Shown here: positions 37,182 through 47,630 of the stretch, one piece after another
Position numbering within the stretch: the stretch's first letter is position 1
Layout of the letters: every line of letters starts with the position of its first letter
Assembly (NCBI GenBank): GCA_900551965.1
Contig: URYF01000002.1
Location: 810 to 64,809, forward strand
From: an uncultured bacterium
Lineage (GTDB): Bacteria; Cyanobacteriota; Vampirovibrionia; Gastranaerophilales; Gastranaerophilaceae
Direction: 5' to 3'
DNA length: 64,000 nucleotides
Notes under the pieces: generated by a model
What the model was told of the DNA's origin: nothing
Seen by the model: the letters and a program-made list of their open reading frames with translations, nothing else
Database searches by the model: none
Program-made: the position numbers and the translations under genes

Positions 37182-38014
37182 ACAATAGCCTTTTGAAGAC
37201 GTGATGAACGATTTTCGTTAAGAATATTTTTCAGTTTCATAATAGCTTGAGCATGAAGTTGGCACACTCGAGATTCGGACATTGAAAGAGTTTCCCCGAT
37301 TTCTTTCATTGTCATGTTTTCCTGATAATACAAAACCATCAAAACACGTTCTCTTTCCGGTAAGCGTTGTAAAGCTCTTTGCAAATCGGTTTTGACATTT
37401 TGCTCTTCCATGCGCTCTTGCGGATTTAATTTATTTGAATCTTCAATAGTATCAATGATTTCCATACTATCATCAGAGGTTCCGCGTTTGTCATAGATAG
37501 AAGTTACAACAACATCTTCAGACATAATCTGGTTAACTTTATCCGGCTCCATATCAAGATAATTTGCAATTTCAGTAGTCGTAGGAACTCGTCCTAATTC
37601 CTGTTTCAAAGTTTCTGAAGCTTGTTTTATATCTTTAATTTTCTTTCTTACACTTCTTGGCAAAAAATCTTGCGATCTTATTCTGTCAAGAATAGAACCA
37701 CGAACCCTGATAAGTGCATAAGTTTCAAATCTGGTATTTTTCTGAGGAGAAAAACGCTCAATCGCATTTATCAAGCCTTCAACCCCATATCCGGCAATAT
37801 CTTCAATCGAAATAGTAGCAGGTAATGTGACTTTAACACGTCCGACAACATATCTGACTAAATAAATATACTGAACAATAAGCGTATCTCTTGCGTGCTT
37901 ATCAGTTTTATCAGCAAGGTATTTTGTCCACAAGCCGGTGAGTTCATCCTCTGATAAACGCTTTATACTGTTATAAGAAGAAAAATCAAAACTTTGTTCC
38001 ATCAACCTACCCAA
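37178..38014 (-). CDS. group-3 sigma-70 family factor (FliA/WhiG/SigF-like)
   Basis: Region 2 'LIVQYIYLVRYVVGRV...GVEGLINAIERFSPQKNTRFETYALIRVRGSILDRIR', region 3, region 4 'MTMKEIGETLSMSESRVCQLHAQAIMKLK'. TTG 38014 or ATG 38002. The 3' end overlaps the convergent OmpA-like gene by 4 nt. Confidence 0.85.
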   Translation of the reverse strand: MGRLMEQSFDFSSYNSIKRLSEDELTGLWTKYLADKTDKHARDTLIVQYIYLVRYVVGRVKVTLPATISIEDIAGYGVEGLINAIERFSPQKNTRFETYALIRVRGSILDRIRSQDFLPRSVRKKIKDIKQASETLKQELGRVPTTTEIANYLDMEPDKVNQIMSEDVVVTSIYDKRGTSDDSMEIIDTIEDSNKLNPQERMEEQNVKTDLQRALQRLPERERVLMVLYYQENMTMKEIGETLSMSESRVCQLHAQAIMKLKNILNENRSSRLQKAIV

Positions 38015-38158
38015 CTCTTCGTTCTTTCTTACATTTCTATTCTATAATATCCGCATATTTAAACATCATTTAAAAAGATGAAAACAAAGCTAAATTATTA
38101 AAGTTTTTCTAATACGTATAGTGGGTCATGATAAAAGCATGGTAAATTTAATAAAATA

Positions 38159-38878
38159 CTAATTTCTTAACTTGGCAATCTCTAGTCCAAAAATAGCTTC
38201 TATATTGATATTATTTAAAACATCCGCTATCAAAACTTCAGGCGGTAATAGCGAAATATCACCATAATCAGGAAGGGTTCCCAAAATATTTACATTGGAA
38301 TACTCTTGCAAAATTTGAGGAAAATATTTTTGTTCAAGATTGGTAGAATTTTCATCATACCGGTTAATAATTATCCCCAAAGGATTGACTTTATTTGCCT
38401 GAACATAACTTAGGGCAGACAAAACACTATCTACAGGAGCTTTAGCAGAATTAACGACAAGCACAAGCGGTAATCTTAAAGATCTTACAATATCAATTTC
38501 AGTCAAATACTGCGCAACCGGTACAGAAATACTGTTACACCCTTCTACAATATTACAATCAGTCATACTTGAAAGCCCTTGATACTCCGCAAAAATAGTA
38601 TTTATATCAACTTTTACTCCGTCATTATACGCACTTACAAAAGGGGATTCCGTGCCTGAAAGCAGGTATGTAGAACCCGTTGTAATATTTGAATCAACCC
38701 TTTTTACCAACTCTAAATCAGGAGAAAACTTAACACCGTTCAATTCGCTTGAATTTGTTTGAATGGGTTTATAAACACATGTAGAATACGAAAGACTCTG
38801 CATTGTAGCAGCAAGTCCCGCAGTTACAACAGTTTTTCCGGATTGTCGTTCAAGCCCTGAGATAAATACGTTTAGCAT
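38159..38878 (-). CDS. bioD: dethiobiotin synthase-like P-loop protein
   Basis: 'VFISGLERQSGKTVVTAGLA', 'YKPIQT', 'IVEGCNSISVPV', 'GIIINRY'. This pattern resembles BioD (GTDTxVGKT...KPV..G...VEGAGG). Confidence 0.6.
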   Translation of the reverse strand: MLNVFISGLERQSGKTVVTAGLAATMQSLSYSTCVYKPIQTNSSELNGVKFSPDLELVKRVDSNITTGSTYLLSGTESPFVSAYNDGVKVDINTIFAEYQGLSSMTDCNIVEGCNSISVPVAQYLTEIDIVRSLRLPLVLVVNSAKAPVDSVLSALSYVQANKVNPLGIIINRYDENSTNLEQKYFPQILQEYSNVNILGTLPDYGDISLLPPEVLIADVLNNINIEAIFGLEIAKLRN

Positions 38879-38890
38879 ATTTTTATATTA

Positions 38891-39766
38891 TCACGAGTCT
38901 TTATTTATTGCAAAATAAACCTCTTTAAGACGCTTTTTGGTAATATGCGTATAAAGCTGTGTTGTTGAAACATCACTATGTCCCAACAATTCTTGCACAA
39001 CCCTCAAATCAGCCCCGTTTTCAAGCAGATGAGTTGCAAAACTGTGCCTCAGGGTATGCGGTGAAATGTGCTTATGAATCTTTTCACCCTGTTTTTTTAT
39101 AAAATTATAAATGTCCTGCCTTGAAATTTGTTTTCCGTTATCTTTTAAAAACAACATTTTTGAATTTTGTAAGCTGTTTTTTAAAACAGTCATATCCCGA
39201 AATTTCAAATACTTTTTTAATGCAGCTTTTGCTTTTTCCCCAAACGGGACAAGTCTTTCCTTTGATCCTTTTCCAAAACATTCAATATATTTTGATTTAA
39301 GATCAATATCTCCCAATTTAAGATTAACCAGCTCCGAAACCCGCAGCCCGCAGCCGTATAAAAGCTCTACAACCAAAGATTCTTCAACATTCAAATCAGA
39401 ATTTAATATTACATTCAATTCTTCAACAGTCATAACTTTTGGCAGTTTTTTTGGAAGCTTGGGCTGTTCAAGAGTCTGTGCCGGATTTTTCTGCCCGTAT
39501 TCATTTGCACAAAACCATTTAAAAAAACCACGCAATGATGCAACCTTCCTGGTTACACTGCTTGGATTATATTTATCCTCGCGAAGCTTTAGGATAAATG
39601 CGTTCATATCACGACGCTCAATATCATTAAATTCGGCAACCCCGCGTGCTGTACAGAAATCAATAAAAGAAACCAAATCTCTGCGATAAGCTTCCAGTGT
39701 ATTTTCACAAAGCCCTTTTTCTACTTCCAAAAATTCAAGATATTCCGATAAATATTGTATATCCAT
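38891..39766 (-). CDS. xerD: tyrosine site-specific recombinase XerC/XerD type
   Basis: 'YGCGLRVSELVNLKLGDID', 'GKGSKERLVPFG', 'HTLRHSFATHLLENGADLRVVQELLGHSDVSTTQLYTH'. 291 aa, chromosomal Xer size. Confidence 0.88.
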   Translation of the reverse strand: MDIQYLSEYLEFLEVEKGLCENTLEAYRRDLVSFIDFCTARGVAEFNDIERRDMNAFILKLREDKYNPSSVTRKVASLRGFFKWFCANEYGQKNPAQTLEQPKLPKKLPKVMTVEELNVILNSDLNVEESLVVELLYGCGLRVSELVNLKLGDIDLKSKYIECFGKGSKERLVPFGEKAKAALKKYLKFRDMTVLKNSLQNSKMLFLKDNGKQISRQDIYNFIKKQGEKIHKHISPHTLRHSFATHLLENGADLRVVQELLGHSDVSTTQLYTHITKKRLKEVYFAINKDS

Positions 39767-39797
39767 AAGTTTGATTATACTCTTTTTTCAAAATTTA

Positions 39798-40823
39798 TCA
39801 AATAGAAGAATTTGCAAGCTTAAACAAATAATCTTCTCTTGCACTGCATTTTAGTCCGGTTGGAATAAAGTTTTCCTTGAAACGTTCTACTGCGTATCTA
39901 TCAGTCATGCCGGAAATATAATCGGTTACAACCCTTACTATACGCACTTCCGGGCACACATTTTTAAGCATTCCGCAGTATAAGTAGAATAATTCTTTTA
40001 TAACCCGCCTTGCCTTACGTTCTTCAAGTTTTGCTATGGATTCATCATTATAAACATTTTCAAACATCCACTCACGCAGCCTTGTTGTATAGCCCCAAGC
40101 CTCGTCACTCATTGAAATTTCAGCCTTACCGATAGAATTATGAACAATTTCTGATATCATTTTATTCAAGCGCTGACTCTGATTAGATGAAAAATAACTA
40201 ATGCAATCCTTTGGCAAATCACTTTCGGAGATAACCCCTGCCCGAATTGAATCTTCAATATCATGATTAATATAAGCAATCTTATCAGCAAGCTGAACAA
40301 CCTTACCTTCCGGGGTTGTCGGCTTATAGCCCCAAGAGTGCGTTCTGATACCATCAATAGTTTCTTTGCACAAATTAAGATTTTCCAAAACTTCAACAAC
40401 TCTCACACTTTGAAGATTATGGTGAAATCCGCCGTCTACAATTTCGTTTAACACACCTTCTCCGCAATGTCCAAATGGAGTATGACCCAGATCATGACCT
40501 AAAGCAATTGCTTCAACTAAATCTTCATTCAAATCAAGAGCTCGCGCTATCGTCCTTGCAATCTGAGAAACCTCCAGAGTATGTGTAAGCCTTGTTCTAA
40601 AATGGTCATCAAACGGTGATAAAAATACCTGAGTTTTATGCTTCAAACGTCTAAATGCTTTTGAATGTAAAATTCTATCTCTATCACGCTGAAAATCCGT
40701 TCTCAAATCAGAAGGTTCTTCTTTTACTTTTCTTCCCTTGCTCAGAGCAGATTTCGTCGCTATATCACTTAAATATTCATATTCTCTTTTTTCAAGTTTC
40801 TCTCTTATGGTTAATGCGGTCAT
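39798..40823 (-). CDS. dGTPase-like HD-domain triphosphohydrolase
   Basis: 'DFQRDRDRILHSKAFRRLKHKTQVF', 'RTRLTHTLEVSQIAR', 'LGHDLGHTPFGH', 'DKIAYINHDIEDSIRAG'. Confidence 0.88.
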   Translation of the reverse strand: MTALTIREKLEKREYEYLSDIATKSALSKGRKVKEEPSDLRTDFQRDRDRILHSKAFRRLKHKTQVFLSPFDDHFRTRLTHTLEVSQIARTIARALDLNEDLVEAIALGHDLGHTPFGHCGEGVLNEIVDGGFHHNLQSVRVVEVLENLNLCKETIDGIRTHSWGYKPTTPEGKVVQLADKIAYINHDIEDSIRAGVISESDLPKDCISYFSSNQSQRLNKMISEIVHNSIGKAEISMSDEAWGYTTRLREWMFENVYNDESIAKLEERKARRVIKELFYLYCGMLKNVCPEVRIVRVVTDYISGMTDRYAVERFKENFIPTGLKCSAREDYLFKLANSSI

Positions 40824-40867
40824 AACTATCCCCCCAGTTGTGATTTTATCAGAAAGTTGAAAGAGGG

Positions 40868-42610
40868 CTATACATTTTTTGGAGGATTTTTAACAACAGC
40901 AGCTTCAGCTATAACTTGTGATTTTTTAGAATTTTTATATTTTTTTAGAGCATCATCGGCAACAATACCAATTCTATTCAATACCCAGGTCGATAAAGTA
41001 CCGATTATTAAGGATTTTGTTCCTGCAAACAATTTAGCATTACAATATAAAGAAACTCCAATACCTGCTAAAGCCGGGAAGCCGTATTTTATAGCAATAG
41101 AGGTTCTCTGGTCATTATTTTCGGATTTACCAAGGTAGTACCCTAAAACCCCAAAAGAACCTAATATCGTTAAAATATCAGTAGGCGCCGAGCCTAAAAT
41201 TAAATCTCTAAGTTTGCTTACAAAATCTTCTGTTTCAATATGAATTGATTTATCCAAAGATTTTATACTTTCTCTATAAGATTTTGCAATCTGGGAATAC
41301 TCATCTGCGGGAAGAAGTTTTTTATAAATATCAAGAATATCCTGAATTTTACCTTGCTTAAATCCTGCAAATGTAGTTTTCAAATCTTCTGCACCTGACA
41401 ATAACTTTCTTGCAGTATTTTCATCAAGAACTTTATCTGCTTGAGCATCTTTTACGTTCTTTAAAAATTTCTCTATAGAAGCTGTTATTTGCTCCTTCAA
41501 TTCGGCATTTGCCTCAGGGTTTTTAACATATTTTTTAATATTACCTCTGATGTCTCTTAAATATTTTATTTTATCAGCATCTTTAAAGCTGATAAGCTCT
41601 GTCATCTTCATAATTGTATCATCGGACTCTTTAGCCATATCTGCAAGCGAATATGATAAGTCAAGCCTATGAGCCCTAACCACTTTTTGAAGTATAGCCT
41701 TTTCTTTTGCTATTTTTTCTTCTGCAATAAATGTACTGTAAACATCTTTTGAGAAAAAGATTTTCATTTTCGCAAAAACAGATTTTAAATATTCAAGAGA
41801 TTTTTTAACCTGAAGATAGCGTTTTGTTAATGCCTTATGACTGAAATTTTTATCATAAGATTCATGCAGCTGATTGTGCATTTCGTCAAGCTGAGCAAGC
41901 CATTGAGCTTTTGTCTGGCGGATGCCGTTAATCTCAATTACTTCATATGTATTCCCCTGCATAAGTTTTTCTGATGCAGCTCTTGTAAGGAGCTGGGTTT
42001 CTCTTGCCTTGCCTGCGGTGGTTTTATATGTATTTAATACGGATTGGCGGCCTATCTTTTCAAACATTCTGGAGATAGAATCATGCACTGTTGTATATTT
42101 ATTCAGGTACATAATCTTCTTGAATAACATATCTTTAAATGTTGTGAAATTATTAATTGCTTCTTTTCTTTTTAATGCAATATCTAAAGATTTAACAATA
42201 TAAATATAAAGCCTATTAGAAAAAGAAAGCCCGTCATTACTGTTCAATTTAGAATTTTGAAGTTTTTTGTCAAAGTAATCTCTTAATTTCTGAAAATTCT
42301 TAGACAGCCCTTTTGTTCCGCCCTTTAACAATAAAAACAAACCGGCAGCAGTTAAAACTGTCGCCCCTGCAATAGACCAGCCTATTAATTTCGGATTGTC
42401 TGTTTTTTGAGCTTCTGAAGGTGTGATAATACGAATTTTTGAAGATGTAAATTCATCTTCATTTCCTTTCTTTTTCTTCTTCTTATTTGAAATCTCAGGG
42501 GATTCTTCAACCGGCGCAGGTAGCCAGTAAGCACTCGGTGTCTTTTGAGTCGTAAATTGCCCGAATGTATATACTTTATCAGATTCAATTTTAGGAATTG
42601 AATTAATCAT
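40868..42610 (-). CDS. hypothetical membrane protein (580 aa)
   Basis: One TM near residue 90 ('LIGWSIAGATVLTAAGLFLLL'), a long K/E-rich helical region, and a C-terminal cluster of about three hydrophobic segments. No family recognised. Confidence 0.55.
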   Translation of the reverse strand: MINSIPKIESDKVYTFGQFTTQKTPSAYWLPAPVEESPEISNKKKKKKGNEDEFTSSKIRIITPSEAQKTDNPKLIGWSIAGATVLTAAGLFLLLKGGTKGLSKNFQKLRDYFDKKLQNSKLNSNDGLSFSNRLYIYIVKSLDIALKRKEAINNFTTFKDMLFKKIMYLNKYTTVHDSISRMFEKIGRQSVLNTYKTTAGKARETQLLTRAASEKLMQGNTYEVIEINGIRQTKAQWLAQLDEMHNQLHESYDKNFSHKALTKRYLQVKKSLEYLKSVFAKMKIFFSKDVYSTFIAEEKIAKEKAILQKVVRAHRLDLSYSLADMAKESDDTIMKMTELISFKDADKIKYLRDIRGNIKKYVKNPEANAELKEQITASIEKFLKNVKDAQADKVLDENTARKLLSGAEDLKTTFAGFKQGKIQDILDIYKKLLPADEYSQIAKSYRESIKSLDKSIHIETEDFVSKLRDLILGSAPTDILTILGSFGVLGYYLGKSENNDQRTSIAIKYGFPALAGIGVSLYCNAKLFAGTKSLIIGTLSTWVLNRIGIVADDALKKYKNSKKSQVIAEAAVVKNPPKNV

Positions 42611-42688
42611 AAAATCACTAGCCTACATAATTATAAAGGTGCAAAATAAAATAAAATTGCGCAAGTTATACAGGCATTTAAAGTTATG

Positions 42689-43816
42689 TTACGAAAACAA
42701 TTCAATATCTATAACCTTTGCAACTTCAAGAGCTGAATTTTTGTTTGATAATAACTCTTTAACCTGACCTAATTCTTTGATATTTTCTTCACGCTTAGCC
42801 TGATCATATAGAAGTTCTTCAATTTTATTGGAAATATTTAAAGGTGTAACCTTATTTTGAATAATCTCCGGTACAATTTCTTTATCCGCAATAATATTTG
42901 GCAAAGAAACACGTTTTATACACCGTACAAGCAAATATATCCAATACATAAATTGCGGACCGCGATATGCTATAATCATCGGTGTTTTATATAAACAGGC
43001 TTCTAATGCAACCGTGCCTGAAGCCAAAATTAACGCATCAGATACACTTAATAGCGCCTGGTTTTCACCTTTTATAACCTTTATATCACAATCTTCACCC
43101 AAATATTTATTATAAATTTCATCTGACAAATTCGGAGCCTGTGAAATACAAAACTGCAAATCCGGATGTCTATGCTTTAAACGCTGTACTGTCTCTTTAA
43201 ATACTCCCATAAGATTTTTTAATTCAAATTCTCTTGAGCCTGGAAAGACCGAAACAAGTTTTTTTTCAACATCAAGTCCATGGTTTCTGAAAAACTCTCT
43301 TCTGCCTGCTGCAGCCGGCAGCTGTGCAACAAGCGGATGACCGCAGTAATGTGTATCAATACCGTATTGGGCATACAACGGTTTTTCAAACGGGAATATG
43401 CACAAAACTTTATCAACAAAATTCTTAATCAAGTGAATACGATATTTTCGGCTTGCCCAAACCTGAGGCGGGATATAATAAAAAACCTTAATCCCAGCAT
43501 CATGCAAAAACTTTGCAATAGTAAGATTAAAAGCCCCATAATCAATTAACAAAACCAAATCCGGTTTATAATCATTTTTTAAATATTCTAAAACAGCTTT
43601 ACCAAGTTTATAATGATTAATAATAATTTTAGGCGAAATCCCCATTGCAGACATCTTTTCCTGATTGGTAAAAAGTTTTACCCCTTCACGCTCGAGATTA
43701 ATACCGCCAATACCTTCTATTTCCAAGTCACAGTCCAGAGCTCTCAATTCCCTGACAACTTTTGAAGCATGGATATCTCCTGAGTATTCACCTGTTATAA
43801 TAAATAATTTTTTCAT
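42689..43816 (-). CDS. lpxB: lipid-A-disaccharide synthase
   Basis: 'KLFIITGEYSGDIHASKVVREL', 'DYGAFNLTIAKFL', 'YYIPPQVWASRKYR', 'ASGTVALEACLYKTPMII'. Confidence 0.85.
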   Translation of the reverse strand: MKKLFIITGEYSGDIHASKVVRELRALDCDLEIEGIGGINLEREGVKLFTNQEKMSAMGISPKIIINHYKLGKAVLEYLKNDYKPDLVLLIDYGAFNLTIAKFLHDAGIKVFYYIPPQVWASRKYRIHLIKNFVDKVLCIFPFEKPLYAQYGIDTHYCGHPLVAQLPAAAGRREFFRNHGLDVEKKLVSVFPGSREFELKNLMGVFKETVQRLKHRHPDLQFCISQAPNLSDEIYNKYLGEDCDIKVIKGENQALLSVSDALILASGTVALEACLYKTPMIIAYRGPQFMYWIYLLVRCIKRVSLPNIIADKEIVPEIIQNKVTPLNISNKIEELLYDQAKREENIKELGQVKELLSNKNSALEVAKVIDIELFS

Positions 43817-43819
43817 TAT

Positions 43820-44635
43820 CTAAACTGCCATTATTACTATATTATGCTCATCAGCATACTTGACCACTTTTTCCTGATCAACAATAATTGTTTCATTTGC
43901 CTCAACCGCAATCAAAGAAGCATGTCTATGACTCATTGTTCTCAAGGTTTTCATACCAATTGCCGGAATATCAAAACGTTTATCTTGTTTTGGTTTTGCT
44001 ACCTTAACAACAACAGCACCGTCTTTTGCCAATTTTGCACCGCGCTTGATACAAACATCAGTACCCTCAATAGCTTCAACCGCCATAATCATTTTGTCCT
44101 TGATTACAACAGACTGCCCTACATCAAGCTTACCCATCTCTTTCGCAAGCCAAAAACCGTAATTAACATCATCCATCTGGCTTTGAGTAGGTTTATGCTT
44201 GCCTAAAACTCCTGCAGGTATCATCAAGTTTTTAATAAATATAGTTTGATCCAAAACTTCGATACCGATTTTTCCAAGCTCTTCAACAATCATAAACATA
44301 ACCTGATCATCATTTAGCCTTGCAGCTTCTTTAATCAAATCAACAGCACGCTTATCAAATTTGTGAAGCTGAAGTAAAACTTTTTTGTGAACCTTGCCCA
44401 AAAAAGTCATTTGCTTTATTTGTTCTGCTTGTAGAATTTCTTCAATTTTGTTCACTTCACCCGGATGACAGCTATAAACCTTAGAACAGTATTTCTTCAA
44501 TTCACGAACATTATCTTTTGCCAAAGAAATACATACAACGTCAAATCCGTTTTCTTTAGCATATTGAGCCATTCTTACAGGTAATATTCCATCTCCGGCA
44601 ATTAATCCTTGTTTGTTTTCCAATGTTATTGACAC
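43820..44635 (-). CDS. lpxI: UDP-2,3-diacylglucosamine pyrophosphatase LpxI (DUF1009)
   Basis: 'GLIAGDGILPV', 'DVGQSVVIKDKMIMAVEAIEGTDVCIKRGAKL', 'VVKVAKPKQDKRFDIPAIG'. Lies immediately upstream of lpxB, the synteny usual for lpxI. Confidence 0.75.
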   Translation of the reverse strand: MSITLENKQGLIAGDGILPVRMAQYAKENGFDVVCISLAKDNVRELKKYCSKVYSCHPGEVNKIEEILQAEQIKQMTFLGKVHKKVLLQLHKFDKRAVDLIKEAARLNDDQVMFMIVEELGKIGIEVLDQTIFIKNLMIPAGVLGKHKPTQSQMDDVNYGFWLAKEMGKLDVGQSVVIKDKMIMAVEAIEGTDVCIKRGAKLAKDGAVVVKVAKPKQDKRFDIPAIGMKTLRTMSHRHASLIAVEANETIIVDQEKVVKYADEHNIVIMAV

Positions 44636-44650
44636 GATTATTTTCCTCTT

Positions 44651-45274
44651 TTACTTCTGTTTCAATAAATAAATCTTTTCTACTTCGTTTTCTGGTAATA
44701 TTTTAGCACCACCAAGGAATTTTGTAAAAAGTATTGTTTTTGCATACTCTTCAGCCAATTCCAAATTCAAATATGCCTGTTTTATATTCGCACCACCAGC
44801 TATCACCCCGTGATTTTCCATAAGAACAATATCATAATCTTTAAAATAGATTGAAGTTTTTTGAACTAATTCATCTGAACCCGGTATTGCATATTCAGCG
44901 AGCGGAATTTTTTCAAAGCAATATACTATTTCAGGAGATACAGCTTCTGGCAGAGCCTTACCGGCTGCTGCAAAAGCCGTTAAATACGGTGAGTGAAAAT
45001 GTAAAATGCAATTTATATCAGGTCTTTTGCGATAAAAATCTATATGGAGAAACTTTTCACTTGATGGTTTAGGATTACCGTCAACTGAAATTCCGTCATA
45101 ATTAATCACACTAAAATCAGAAGGTTCCAAATATCCGTTAGCAGAGCCTGAGGAGGTAATAACAATATTATCCTCATAACGAACAGACATATTCCCGGAA
45201 ATTCCGGGTGTAAAGCCCTTTATGCCGGCAATTTGTCCGTATTTTGTTAGTTCGCTGATAATATTTTCATACAT
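44651..45274 (-). CDS. class II aldolase/adducin-family protein
   Basis: 'TPGISGNMSVR', 'SSEKFLHIDFY', 'ILHFHSPYLTAFA', 'MENHGVIAGG'. Confidence 0.75.
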   Translation of the reverse strand: MYENIISELTKYGQIAGIKGFTPGISGNMSVRYEDNIVITSSGSANGYLEPSDFSVINYDGISVDGNPKPSSEKFLHIDFYRKRPDINCILHFHSPYLTAFAAAGKALPEAVSPEIVYCFEKIPLAEYAIPGSDELVQKTSIYFKDYDIVLMENHGVIAGGANIKQAYLNLELAEEYAKTILFTKFLGGAKILPENEVEKIYLLKQK

Positions 45275-45275
45275 A

Positions 45276-47612
45276 TTAATCTACTGTTTCCTTGTTTGGA
45301 TCTTCTAATTCTATAACTTGAGCATATTCAAGAACTCTTGGTTTTACTTTTTCGCTAGATTTAGCTCTTGAAGAAACCTTTACTTCAGGTTGTTTTTTTA
45401 CCGGTGAAAAAGCCAGCTTTCTTTCTTCATCTTTTTGATGTTTTCCAAGTCTTTCAGGATTTTTTATCTCCATTCTGCCATAATTTATACTTGTACCTTT
45501 TGTATCAAAAGCAACATCAAACCCAAAATAAGTAGTTTGTCTTACAAAATCATAACCCAGTCTTATTTTCAAATCATCAGGACCGATTGCAAATACAAAG
45601 CGGTTTTCTTGGAATAATTTGCCATTTGGAGAATCATCACTCAGGTTAACCATACCGGACCAGCCCACGGATAAATATTTATGCAGTCTTACGATTTCTG
45701 AAACATAAAAAGCAGAATGACCGTATCTGTACATATCATAACGCGGTACCGGAGTTTCATCACTATATCCTGATTGGAAGTATCCGATATCTTGCATCCA
45801 ATTTTTATATTGAATATGCGCTCTTGGTCCAAGCCTGCCGACAAACTGTGTGTCACCTGTACCATAAACCGCAGCTGAACCTTGCAATGCTACACTTACA
45901 TCGAAATAAAATCGATCTTCCGGTCTTTCGTATGAATATATTTTCTGAGAAATCTCTGCCATATATTTCAACCTTGTTGTAGTTGTATTATCTCCGGCAA
46001 TTTTTTCTCCGTAATAGTTTCTATCGTTATCCTGCATTAAGCCAAAACCAACTCTATGGCGGAAACTAAGCCCCTTATTTTCGGCAAGGAAATCTGGCAG
46101 AGAATATCTTTTATCATAGTAGATTTCTGCCATATATTTTGGCATTCTGGCACCCATAAACCATTCATCAATGAACGAATTTGCTGCATATTGTATAAAT
46201 AAATTATCGTCCAGTCTCTGGTGACCTTTCAAGAAAAATATATCAGCAGCAGAACCATAACCCAATTCTGTTGTATTATAAGTATTTTTGTATTTCAAAG
46301 CTCCACCAAACCCAAATCCATGTTGGTAGTTCAAAAACGGAATAACTTTTAATACAGAACCGCCCGGACCGCCAAATACAAACCCCGGACCTGCAAACAT
46401 ACCAAGCTTACGTCTTGTACCAAACTCAGGATAATTTGCTTCAAAAAAATCTCTGTCTTTGTTTGTATAAGCTGTCAAACTTGGCCAAGAAAACCAATAT
46501 CTGCCATCTCTTGTAATTTTTATTTTTTTTGCCGTAAATTTATCATGATTTTTTTGAGCATCAACATATAATTCGTCTATATCAAAATGAAGCTTGTTGC
46601 CTGTCGGGTCCCCAAAGAATAAAGACTGATCGGCTTCATCAATAATCATATTCGAAAATCTAGGTCCAACCATTCTTGATGACATTCTATATACCTGAGA
46701 GGTTTCAGAGTGGAAGTTGCCGTCTGTTAAAATCAATAAAGAATCCTTTTGCATGGCTTTTTTAGCATTCATAATCATTGCCTGATTAATTGCCTCTACA
46801 TTATCCATGAACATAGTTTCTTCATTCATATCAACTTCAAAATAATCGGCTTTCATAGGCATACCGTCTTTAAATGCAACAACATGCCCAATACCTTTCA
46901 TAATATTTGAATCCTGATTATAGATCATTTTATCAGCTAAAACTCTTGTATTTTGAGGGGGCAGAAACAAGTCAGGTCTGCCTGTCGCTACCATATCTCC
47001 TGTTTCCTCATCAAAAACAACATTCTCAGCATCAAGCTGAAGCTCTTTTTCCACAACTTGTTCACTAATTCCTGTTTCTAACGAAAGTGATTCGGAAGAC
47101 GGTATTTCTGCACCTGTTTGGTTTTGAATAGAATCAGCTATAGAACCCTCTTCTGTTATATACGGCAGATTATTGTTTTCATTAGCTTGAACCTTTTCTT
47201 TTTTCTCCCAGAATTTTAGTTTCTGCACAACACTTTTTTTCGCCTTATTAGTTTGGCTTACCGAATACTCGTTATTATCACTTTCTGCATTTTCCGCAGT
47301 TTCATCATCATTTGTCAAGCTGATAATTTTATTTGTAAGCTTTAGCCTCATTTGTTTAAACAACGGCATGTTATCCGGATCAATTTCTTTATAAGATCTG
47401 CCCTGATGGTCAAACGAATACGTAAATTCATGATTATCTTTCTGTCTGACTTCAGGCATAACCTTGCTTAATGGCGATTTAAAGAAATTACTGCTTTCTA
47501 AATCGTCAGACAAAGCATAACTGGCATCAGGCACAACCGTTTCATTATCCTGTGCGTACACCGAATTCGTAAATGCCAATATGAAAAATATTACAAATAA
47601 AAATCGTTTCAA
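45276..47612 (-). CDS. large outer-membrane protein, LptD/OstA-like (tentative)
   Basis: Signal peptide 'MKRFLFVIFFILAFTNSVYA'. OstA-like segment 'VVFDEETGDMVATGRPDLFLPPQNTRVLADKMIYNQDSNIMKGIGHV'. Aromatic/Gly-rich beta-strand-like C-terminal ~450 aa. Adjacent to lpxI-lpxB. Confidence 0.5.
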   Translation of the reverse strand: MKRFLFVIFFILAFTNSVYAQDNETVVPDASYALSDDLESSNFFKSPLSKVMPEVRQKDNHEFTYSFDHQGRSYKEIDPDNMPLFKQMRLKLTNKIISLTNDDETAENAESDNNEYSVSQTNKAKKSVVQKLKFWEKKEKVQANENNNLPYITEEGSIADSIQNQTGAEIPSSESLSLETGISEQVVEKELQLDAENVVFDEETGDMVATGRPDLFLPPQNTRVLADKMIYNQDSNIMKGIGHVVAFKDGMPMKADYFEVDMNEETMFMDNVEAINQAMIMNAKKAMQKDSLLILTDGNFHSETSQVYRMSSRMVGPRFSNMIIDEADQSLFFGDPTGNKLHFDIDELYVDAQKNHDKFTAKKIKITRDGRYWFSWPSLTAYTNKDRDFFEANYPEFGTRRKLGMFAGPGFVFGGPGGSVLKVIPFLNYQHGFGFGGALKYKNTYNTTELGYGSAADIFFLKGHQRLDDNLFIQYAANSFIDEWFMGARMPKYMAEIYYDKRYSLPDFLAENKGLSFRHRVGFGLMQDNDRNYYGEKIAGDNTTTTRLKYMAEISQKIYSYERPEDRFYFDVSVALQGSAAVYGTGDTQFVGRLGPRAHIQYKNWMQDIGYFQSGYSDETPVPRYDMYRYGHSAFYVSEIVRLHKYLSVGWSGMVNLSDDSPNGKLFQENRFVFAIGPDDLKIRLGYDFVRQTTYFGFDVAFDTKGTSINYGRMEIKNPERLGKHQKDEERKLAFSPVKKQPEVKVSSRAKSSEKVKPRVLEYAQVIELEDPNKETVD

Positions 47613-47630
47613 TTTTATGATTCCTTATTC

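Noticed and set aside
38891-39766. Considered the tyrosine recombinase as a phage/ICE integrase marking a mobile island.
   Set aside because: Its size (291 aa) and motifs are those of chromosomal XerC/XerD. The flanking genes are housekeeping (bioD-like, dGTPase-like), and there is no tRNA, att-like repeat or phage gene nearby.
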